Assembly (NCBI GenBank): GCA_047150005.1
Contig: AP038806.1
Span: forward strand, 640,001 to 704,000
Origin: Nitrospira sp.
GTDB lineage: Bacteria > Nitrospirota > Nitrospiria > Nitrospirales > Nitrospiraceae
DNA: 64,000 nucleotides
Reading direction: 5' to 3'
Below are positions 56,785 to 64,000 of this stretch, piece after piece; the stretch's first letter is position 1; each line of letters starts with the position of its first letter. The notes under the pieces are model-generated. The model was not told the origin of the DNA. It saw only the letters and a program-made list of their open reading frames with translations, and ran no database searches. The position numbers were made by a program, and so were the translations under genes.

Positions 56785-58692
56785 TTGAGTCATGAGCCCG
56801 CTTACCCGATGATCCCGGGGCGCTCGGTTTTCAGTTCATTACGCCCGAATCTTGCCCAATGCGCCCTTGTCCTGGTTTGTCTCTGGGTCATGGGGTTGTC
56901 CACGGGATGCGAGAAGTTTGCCTCTGCATTCCGGCGTACTCCGCTGCCGGACATGGGCCCACGTCTCAACAACTCCGTCAAACTGACCTTCGATCCCGCT
57001 TTCAGCAACATGAAAGCGACGTACAAGAACGATTGCGGGAATCTGCGCGAAGTCTACATCGGCACCGAATTGGAATCGGTGATGATCGACGCGGCGGCAC
57101 AGAATTTCCGGGCGGTGTCGGTCACCGGCGGAATCACTTCCTCCACCCCGCCCGACATGGAAATGCTCGTGACGATGGAGCGATCCTCCTTCAGGTTGAT
57201 CCAAGATCACCTGTATGATCGAGTCCCAGCGGACTTGAAAATCGACGCCTTGGTCACATTCAAGGACATGTCGGGGCATGAACTGGGACAACAGCCGATT
57301 GCCATCGATCGCAATCAGCGGTTGCTCCTGGAGCCCACACAGAAGCGGTGCGACTACGCCAATATGGACGAGTTTCTGTACGAGTCCGGCGTAGCTCTGT
57401 CGACGGAATTCATCCGGGTCTCGCGTCACCAGCTGGCAGGAGCCGGAGCGGCGCCGGCCGCCGCGGTGGCCGGCGCCGCCGCGAGACCACCCGAGCCCGC
57501 GCCGAAAGTCGGCCGTTCTCCCCTGTCGTTCAAAGCCATGGTGCTCGACGAGAATAGTAATCTGATCCTGGAAGGCGGAGAACGGGTGCGCGTGCGGGTC
57601 GACCTGGTAAACGCGGGCGATCAGGAGCTTCAGCAGGTGACCGCGACCATCTCCGGCCCACCGGCGATTCTGGCGCAATTTCCGACGACGACGCTGTCGG
57701 CTGGCCGGTTGCAGCCCGGCCAATCACGATCCCTCGAGTTTGCGGCCACACTCCCCCAATCCGTGCAGGCACAGAAGGCGCAGATTCATGTGAGCGTCTC
57801 GGATCCGAGCGTCACTGCCGCCCCCGCGCAAGTCCTCTCCGTCACCGTGCAACCGACCGCCGTGAACGCGGACGACGTGGATCAAATCCCGGCCACCGCC
57901 GCCGGGTTCAAACGCGCCAACACATTTCTCTTGTCGATCGGCATCGGTTCCTATCGGGACTCACAATTGCCGGCCCGGAAATATGGGGCCTCCGATGCCG
58001 AAATGGTCGCGGCCTATCTACAGTCGCTCGGCGGGGTGCCGGCCTCCAATGTCCGCCTGCTCCAGGACTGGAAAGCGTTGCGCCCCGATATCGACGAAGC
58101 GCTGCTGGACTGGTTACCTGCCCACGCAGGGAGGGATGCGGTCGTGATCGTCTATTTCGCGGGAGTGGCCACGGTGTCGCCGACCGGGGAGGTGTATCTC
58201 CTCCCCTACGACGGGAGCCTCTCTTCCGCTTCCCGCTCCTACCCGCTCAAAGATCTGGAAGCAGCGTTGGCCCGTGTGAAAGCCAAGCAGACGGTCGTGC
58301 TGTTCGACGGAACCGTATCGCGGCTCGGATCAGGGACCGACGGCCGCGCAAAGGGTTCGGCTCCGCAATGGACTTCTTCCGGCAGCTCTTCTATTCATCT
58401 CGTGTCCATCGGCAGCCTCGGGCGATCCATTGAGGACGAAAAACATCGGCACGGACTGTTTACGTATTACTTCCTCCGCGCGCTGCGCGGAGACGCCGAT
58501 ACCAATCGGGACGGCGAGGTCACGCTAGGAGAAACTGCCGCATACCTGGGGCAGAAGGTACCGTGGGCCTCCAAGAGTCAGTACGGACAAGAGCAGCGTC
58601 CGCTCGTCCTGCCGCCGTTGAAAGCGACGGATCCGGCCGGTGCGCTGGTCCTGACGAAGCCGGCCGCGATCACCGCCGTCGAAGCACCCTGA
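56785..58692 (+). CDS. Lipoprotein with Ig-like domain and C-terminal caspase (C14)-like domain, catalytically degenerate
   Basis: Lipobox LSTGC; SIGIGSY, HGLFTYYFL.ALRG.AD.N.DG; catalytic His and Cys absent. Start uncertain. Confidence 0.75.
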   Translation: MSHEPAYPMIPGRSVFSSLRPNLAQCALVLVCLWVMGLSTGCEKFASAFRRTPLPDMGPRLNNSVKLTFDPAFSNMKATYKNDCGNLREVYIGTELESVMIDAAAQNFRAVSVTGGITSSTPPDMEMLVTMERSSFRLIQDHLYDRVPADLKIDALVTFKDMSGHELGQQPIAIDRNQRLLLEPTQKRCDYANMDEFLYESGVALSTEFIRVSRHQLAGAGAAPAAAVAGAAARPPEPAPKVGRSPLSFKAMVLDENSNLILEGGERVRVRVDLVNAGDQELQQVTATISGPPAILAQFPTTTLSAGRLQPGQSRSLEFAATLPQSVQAQKAQIHVSVSDPSVTAAPAQVLSVTVQPTAVNADDVDQIPATAAGFKRANTFLLSIGIGSYRDSQLPARKYGASDAEMVAAYLQSLGGVPASNVRLLQDWKALRPDIDEALLDWLPAHAGRDAVVIVYFAGVATVSPTGEVYLLPYDGSLSSASRSYPLKDLEAALARVKAKQTVVLFDGTVSRLGSGTDGRAKGSAPQWTSSGSSSIHLVSIGSLGRSIEDEKHRHGLFTYYFLRALRGDADTNRDGEVTLGETAAYLGQKVPWASKSQYGQEQRPLVLPPLKATDPAGALVLTKPAAITAVEAP

Positions 58693-58713
58693 CCGGCACG
58701 CCCACACAGACAC

Positions 58714-58745
58714 AAAAAAAGGGGTGGAGGGAACACCTCCACCCC
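58714..58745 (-). terminator. Rho-independent terminator of the cytochrome c gene
   Basis: GGGGTGGAGG/CCTCCACCCC stem followed by T7 on the minus strand. Confidence 0.85.
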
Positions 58746-58769
58746 AATCGCAACACCACGGCGGATTGA

Positions 58770-59219
58770 CTACTCCTCGCCCTTGCAGAAGCTCCGCTCG
58801 TAGTTGATGATCGTCCACGCTTCTTCTTCGGTGATCGCCGCAGGAATCAACGAAACCATGCCGGTTCCCGGGCTGCCGTTCTTGATCACCCAAAACAGCT
58901 CGCCGTCCTTCCGCTTCTTGTGGAACTTGCAGTTCGTGAAGTTCCGCGGGCTGGGATTGAGGATCGCACCGGCAGGACCGTCGCCCTTGCCTTCCTTCCC
59001 ATGGCAGTTGAAGCAGGTGCCCTTACCCTCGAACAACGCCTTTCCCTTGGCGATGCTCTCCGGGGAGGTTGCAACCGGGTTCTTCATGGCCTTGGCCTCG
59101 GCCATCTGGTCGGCCGGAACGCGCGGCTTCAACGGATCCTTCTCTTCGGCTCCCGCCACGCTCGCGGACAACATCAGCACCGCAGCGCTGACTCCCAAAA
59201 ACTTAGAAAAAGTCCCCAT
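58770..59219 (-). CDS. Periplasmic monoheme cytochrome c
   Basis: Signal peptide, CFNCH, distal GTGM; GGAGG RBS. Confidence 0.92.
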   Translation of the reverse strand: MGTFSKFLGVSAAVLMLSASVAGAEEKDPLKPRVPADQMAEAKAMKNPVATSPESIAKGKALFEGKGTCFNCHGKEGKGDGPAGAILNPSPRNFTNCKFHKKRKDGELFWVIKNGSPGTGMVSLIPAAITEEEAWTIINYERSFCKGEE

Positions 59220-59311
59220 CAGAAATCCTCCTTTGTGTTGGACCTACCGCAGATCTGAGGCCGGCCGTGAGGCCGTCGGCTCGTTGACCAAAAAGACAAA
59301 AAACGTTCGGG

Positions 59312-59341
59312 ACTATAACAACGGCGTTCCGGCGATGTCAA
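59312..59341 (-). promoter_or_regulatory. sigma70 promoter of the cytochrome c gene
   Basis: TTGACA-N18-TATAGT with TGn extended -10. Confidence 0.6.
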
Positions 59342-59631
59342 GCAATTCAACCATGATTCCGCTCTGTTGCGGCCGACCGCTCCTGGAACTTTTCAACGGG
59401 CTGTGCGACCTCGTTCCGTCCGCTCTTCAGTCTGAGTGACCATCCAAAGCTCATGCCACAACGTCCATATTCCAGGAACAGATATTTCGCTACGTTAGCG
59501 CAATGCGGTTGAGCATGAGCCCGGGCTTCGGACACCTTTAGGCCCCACCTGTGACTTCCTGCCTCAGCAGACTCGGGTGGAGCCTGCTGCGCGGAACTGC
59601 CTGAGATGAAATGGGGAGAGCCGATGAGTGA

Positions 59632-60582
59632 TCAGCGCTTGAGGACAATATCGCGGGCGACCTTGCCGCTTGGACCGAATGGCTTCTGAGGCTTCCCGTT
59701 CAACTCGGCTTTCACACCACCGGCGTTGCCGAGGGTCAACACGAACTGATCCTGCCCCTTCCACTTGGCCTTTTCCCCGGGCCGAAGTAACGCTTCCTGA
59801 GGGCTGCCACCGTCGATTTGGATGACCACCCAGCTCAATTCCGTCGCTTCCAGATCCAGCACCAGCTGGTCCGTCGCGTCGGGAGCTGCTTCCAATGAGA
59901 TGCCTCCGAGCGGGCCGTCGGATCCGATCGGCGCGGGAGCCGGGGCGGCCGGGGGCACAGGTTGATTGGCAGCAACGGCCGGAGCCGCGGCAGGGCTCGA
60001 CGCACGTGGAGAGCCGGTCTCTGTCTTCGGTGAAGCAGGCGGCGGCGTATCGGCCGGTTTGGATTTGGAGGGCGGCGCGGAGGACGGCTGTGGCTCAGGC
60101 TCGGGCTTGGGTGCCCCGTCGCGGGCCTCGGGAGGCGGAGCGCTTGCCCGCTTGCTGGCGGCAGGCGGGAGATCCATCGCGGGACGACGCACCAGCACGG
60201 TGGACTGTTCACGGCTCAACAGAAACACGAGCGTGATGATCGCGATACCAATGGCGACCGCGACGGCCTTGCGATTGGCCTGTCGCTTTCGTTCCTCTTG
60301 AACCTGCCTGGCTTTCAGCCGTTCCTTTTCATCCTGTTTCTCATAGAACGCGCCGGCGGATTGGATGAAGCGGTGGATGGCGTCTTCTTCGTCAAGTCCC
60401 AACGATCGGGCATAGGAGCGCACGAACCCCCTGGCAAATACCTGGTCGGGCAATTTGGCGAAGTTCCCCTCCTCGAGGGCCCTGACGAAATCGGAACGGA
60501 TTCTGGTTTTCGACGCCACCTCGTCGATCGTCAGACCCTTGGTTTCGCGAACCTGCTTGAAAAAATCACCGATCGATTCCAT
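59632..60582 (-). CDS. rodZ: RodZ-like protein (HTH, TM, DUF4115)
   Basis: N-terminal HTH with RGFVRSYA, single TM, C-terminal LTLGNAGGV; follows pilF. Confidence 0.85.
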   Translation of the reverse strand: MESIGDFFKQVRETKGLTIDEVASKTRIRSDFVRALEEGNFAKLPDQVFARGFVRSYARSLGLDEEDAIHRFIQSAGAFYEKQDEKERLKARQVQEERKRQANRKAVAVAIGIAIITLVFLLSREQSTVLVRRPAMDLPPAASKRASAPPPEARDGAPKPEPEPQPSSAPPSKSKPADTPPPASPKTETGSPRASSPAAAPAVAANQPVPPAAPAPAPIGSDGPLGGISLEAAPDATDQLVLDLEATELSWVVIQIDGGSPQEALLRPGEKAKWKGQDQFVLTLGNAGGVKAELNGKPQKPFGPSGKVARDIVLKR

Positions 60583-60707
60583 GCGGTTCTCTCTCGCGCG
60601 TTATGGACAGGCTGGGTGTCCCCCACGCCCGAACAAATGACCGAACCAGCCGCGTCGTGTCGGGTCCGCACCATGCAAACCCGGGATCGGGTTCGACAGG
60701 ATCCGGA

Positions 60708-61397
60708 TCACGGCTTCAATCGTACCAGCATCTCCTTGGCCGCCGCCCCGTACTCTCCGTTCTTGTCGATCAGGGTGACTTTCGTGAGGGTCTCGACGGC
60801 GCGCCGATCGAATCCCATCTTGTAATAGATCCGCCCCAGCTCGAGATTTGACTGCGCAGGAGGCACATTCGGCGGATTCACCGTCAGCGCATCCTCCAGC
60901 GCCTCCATGGCGCCCTGCAGATCGCCTTCATGGGCCAGCGCGCGCCCGAGATGGAAGCGGGCGAGATCCGGCGTACTGTATAGCGGATTGGTCAGCGCCT
61001 TTCGAAACTCCGGAACCGCTTCGGCCCATCGGTCCTGACTGATCAACACCTGCCCCAGGTACGTATGCGCCTCCGAGTAGTCCTCGTCGATCTTGATCGC
61101 CGCCCGAAATTCCTGTTCGGCTTGAGCAAACTTGCCCTGGAGAGCAAGAATGTGACCCAGACCGTATCGAGCCTCTTTGTTGTCGGGATTGAGCTGAACG
61201 GCTTTTTGAAAGGAGACGTAGGCTTTCTGACGGTCCCGGTCGAGGCTGGCCAATCCCTCCTGATAGTAGCCCTTGGACTTTTGCTTTGACTCTTCGGACG
61301 TTGCGCAGCCGGTCAATAGGCCCAGACCGATGACCGTCAACGCGACACAATACGACGAGCGACGGCCGACAGCCGCCCTGGAAGAAATCATGGTCAC
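60708..61397 (-). CDS. TPR lipoprotein, PilF/PilW-like
   Basis: Lipobox LLTGC, TPR repeats, NPLYSTP. Confidence 0.8.
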   Translation of the reverse strand: MTMISSRAAVGRRSSYCVALTVIGLGLLTGCATSEESKQKSKGYYQEGLASLDRDRQKAYVSFQKAVQLNPDNKEARYGLGHILALQGKFAQAEQEFRAAIKIDEDYSEAHTYLGQVLISQDRWAEAVPEFRKALTNPLYSTPDLARFHLGRALAHEGDLQGAMEALEDALTVNPPNVPPAQSNLELGRIYYKMGFDRRAVETLTKVTLIDKNGEYGAAAKEMLVRLKP

Positions 61398-62308
61398 GGA
61401 AGGTCCTCGAAATGGGTCAACCGCTTGAAGGCTCTGAAGCGCTCCTGAATCTCTTTGTAATCCAGGATGCGCAAACGGTCAAGACTAAAGGCTTCTACGG
61501 TAAAGGAGGCCATGACGCTTCCGAAAATGATGGCTTGCTTGAACGCTTCGGGAGATCGGTTTCCGGTTGCGGCCAAGTGTCCCAGAAAACCGCCGGCAAA
61601 GGTATCGCCGGCCCCCGTCGGGTCGCGCACATCATCGAGCGGAAAGGCCGGAGCGCCAAACACCTGTTTTTCATTGAACATCAGGACGCCATACTCACCC
61701 CGTTTGATGATCAAATGCTTCGGCCCGCGCGCCAGCACTTTCTGCGCCACCTTGACTAGGTTGGAATCTTCACCCAGGGCACGCGCCTCGCCGTCATTGA
61801 TGATCAGGATGTCCACCTTCTCCAATTCCTTCCACAGAGCTTCGCGCTTGCCGTTGATCCAGAAGTTCATGGTGTCGCACGCGACGAGTGGAGGCCGCGG
61901 CAGCTTGTTGAGCACGTCCAATTGCAGTTCCGGATCGATATTTCCCAGGAACAGTACGTCCGGGGTTCGATAGTTGTCCGGAATCTTCGGACGAAAGGTT
62001 TCGAAGACGTTGAGTTTGGTATCCAGCGTGTGCGCCTCGTTGAGCTGGTGCGTGTATTCTCCTTTCCACCGGAACGTGGCGCCCGGCCGTCGTTCCAATC
62101 CAGCGAGATCGATCTTCCGGCTTTTCAGAAACATGAGATGCTGTGAGGGAAAATCTTCACCCACCACGGCGATCAAATTGACGTCCGCAAAATAACTCGC
62201 CGAAGTGGAGAAGTAGGTGGCCGAACCGCCCAGCACGTCCTCTACCGCTCCGAACGGCGTCTTGACTGTATCCAATGCGACCGACCCGACAACCAACAAC
62301 GTACCCAT
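61394..62308 (-). CDS. PfkB-family carbohydrate kinase
   Basis: GSVALD, LGGSA, DPTGAGDTFAGG. Confidence 0.92.
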   Translation of the reverse strand: MGTLLVVGSVALDTVKTPFGAVEDVLGGSATYFSTSASYFADVNLIAVVGEDFPSQHLMFLKSRKIDLAGLERRPGATFRWKGEYTHQLNEAHTLDTKLNVFETFRPKIPDNYRTPDVLFLGNIDPELQLDVLNKLPRPPLVACDTMNFWINGKREALWKELEKVDILIINDGEARALGEDSNLVKVAQKVLARGPKHLIIKRGEYGVLMFNEKQVFGAPAFPLDDVRDPTGAGDTFAGGFLGHLAATGNRSPEAFKQAIIFGSVMASFTVEAFSLDRLRILDYKEIQERFRAFKRLTHFEDLP

Positions 62309-62312
62309 GAAA

Positions 62313-63209
62313 TCACCGTTTTCCTTTCGCGGGAGACAGGCGGTCGGTCAGGACCGCCAATGTGCGGCGAAGAGCAGCCGGAATCCGCGCGGGATCCGTC
62401 ACGATGGCATCGTGCAACGCCCGCTGGCAGACGCATTCGTCGCCTGCCGACGCCGACTGGACTGAAACCTGGAGCAGCCGTTTCGCCAAGGCCACATTCT
62501 GCCGCAGCGTCGCGAGAATCGCCTCGACGGTCACCGGCTCTTCCGTCTTATGCCAGCAATCATAGTCGGTCGCCAAGGCGACCGTGGCATAACAGAGTTC
62601 CGCTTCCCGAGCCAGCTTGGCCTCCGGAAGATTGGTCATGCCGATGACACTAACGCCCCACTGCCGATACAGGTGCGATTCGGCTTTGGTCGAGAACTGA
62701 GGCCCTTCGATGCAGACATACGTGCCGCCGTCATGAACCGTCGCTCCGACGGAACGGGCCGCAGTCGAGAGATGAGAAGCCAGAGAACGACAGATCGGGT
62801 CGCCGAAGGCCACGTGCGCCACCGCCCCACCCTCGAAGAATGTCGACGCCCTGCGTTTCGTCAGGTCGATGAACTGATCCGGGAAGACGACGTCCCCCGG
62901 CTTGATCGATTCCTTCATGCTTCCGACCGCGCTGACCGAAATGAGCCGCCGGATGCCTAGGGATTTCAGCGCATACACGTTGGCCCGATAATTGATCTCC
63001 GACGGGCTGCGCGTATGTCCCCGTCCGTGGCGCGACAGGAACGCGATGCGGATCCCGTCCAATTCTCCCAGTATGACGGCGTCGGACGGGGAACCGAACG
63101 GAGTCCGCAGCCTCGCTTCTTTGACATGCCTCAGTCCGTCCAGGTCGTATAGCCCGCTCCCCCCGATGATGCCGATGTCCGCCTGCACCACCCGTCCTCG
63201 TTGCTTCAT
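62313..63209 (-). CDS. mtnP: S-methyl-5'-thioadenosine phosphorylase
   Basis: GIIGGSG, RHGRGH, EGPQFSTKAES, GMT..PEAKLAREAE, TDYDCW. Confidence 0.93.
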   Translation of the reverse strand: MKQRGRVVQADIGIIGGSGLYDLDGLRHVKEARLRTPFGSPSDAVILGELDGIRIAFLSRHGRGHTRSPSEINYRANVYALKSLGIRRLISVSAVGSMKESIKPGDVVFPDQFIDLTKRRASTFFEGGAVAHVAFGDPICRSLASHLSTAARSVGATVHDGGTYVCIEGPQFSTKAESHLYRQWGVSVIGMTNLPEAKLAREAELCYATVALATDYDCWHKTEEPVTVEAILATLRQNVALAKRLLQVSVQSASAGDECVCQRALHDAIVTDPARIPAALRRTLAVLTDRLSPAKGKR

Positions 63210-63260
63210 GATGTCATCGTCTCGCTTTCCCTTTGAGAACACGAGGTCTGTCTCGACCCG

Positions 63261-64000
63261 CTACAGCGCGGCCAGAAACCGGTCGATTCGCTCCGTCACA
63301 CGGGCGGCGGTGCGCTCGGGAGATTCGGCCTCCTCGATCGTGAGCCACTGGACGGCGGGTTCGCGGCGAAACCACGTCAACTGGCGCTTGGCAAAGTGTC
63401 TGGTATCCCGCTTGAATCGTCGGACCATTTCGGAGTACTCGCAGTCTCCGGCGAGAAAGTCCGCCGCTTGGCGGTACCCGAGCCCCTTCATCGCAGAACT
63501 CTCCCGATGATATCCCTGTGCCAGCAATTGGGCCGTCTCATCAAGAAACCCGTGTTCCAGCTGCCAATCGATTCGCGCCTCGATTCGGCGGTACAACACC
63601 TCGCGATTTCGATCGAGCCCGACCAACAGCGCGCGATACGGTTGATCATTGAACGCATGCGACGTGTGAAAGGCGGACATCGGCTTCCCCGACAGCTGAT
63701 GCACTTCCAGCGCGCGGATCACCTTTGCGCTATCGTGCGGGTGCAATTTGGATGCAGAAACCGGATCCACCGACACCAATCGGCCGTACAAGGATTCGGC
63801 TCCGAATTCTCTCGCCTCTTCCAGCAATTGAGCACGGACCGCCGGCTGGGCGGGAGGAGCCTCACAGAGTCCCCTCACCAGAGTCCGCACGTACAATCCG
63901 GTCCCTCCGACCACCAACGGTATCAACCGCAAGCCATGTAACCGATCGATCTCGTCCATGGCGTGGCGGCGGTAGAGGCCGGCATTGAATGGTTGATCCG
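63261..64000 (-). CDS. miaA: tRNA dimethylallyltransferase (5' part outside the window)
   Basis: VGGTGLY, RALEV, GLGY, FAKRQLTWF. Confidence 0.93.
   Translation of the reverse strand, partial: DQPFNAGLYRRHAMDEIDRLHGLRLIPLVVGGTGLYVRTLVRGLCEAPPAQPAVRAQLLEEAREFGAESLYGRLVSVDPVSASKLHPHDSAKVIRALEVHQLSGKPMSAFHTSHAFNDQPYRALLVGLDRNREVLYRRIEARIDWQLEHGFLDETAQLLAQGYHRESSAMKGLGYRQAADFLAGDCEYSEMVRRFKRDTRHFAKRQLTWFRREPAVQWLTIEEAESPERTAARVTERIDRFLAAL

Overview
Chromosomal window from a high-GC bacterium. The gene set and order point to Nitrospira (inference). Most genes are on the minus strand. Left end: yajC, tgt, argS, a GT9 glycosyltransferase and mobA. Positions 5115-30399 hold a ~25 kb co-oriented redox cluster: a 1614-aa MnxG-type multicopper oxidase, three secreted proteins with an amicyanin-like C-x2-H-x2-M copper loop, HEAT-repeat, methyltransferase, DUF420 and PCP_red accessory genes, two divergent cytochrome bd-like subunit I paralogs, two FGE-fold proteins lacking the catalytic Cys pair, two membrane c-type cytochromes and a diheme-c/heme-b protein of the candidate NXR gamma type. 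Three 34-40 aa membrane microproteins missing from the ORF track lie inside this cluster, around a perfect TTGACA-N17-TATAAT promoter that faces a possible antisense promoter. Middle: a KimA-like transporter, a 130-bp MITE-like element and an AT-richer islet (GGDEF gene cut by IS481 with a 6-bp target duplication, a PD-(D/E)xK-like orphan, an RHH/Doc toxin-antitoxin pair), then an orphan HEXXH protein, an NFACT protein, a receiver protein and an RRM protein. Right: degP-tatC-mrp-moeA-mobB, a hexaheme cytochrome and an ABC-2 exporter; a GT2/GT-C/carbamoyltransferase trio; a caspase-fold lipoprotein lacking its catalytic dyad; a cytochrome c; and miaA-mtnP-pfkB-pilF-rodZ. No rRNA, tRNA or CRISPR array was seen. 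All calls come from reading motifs by eye; no searches were run.
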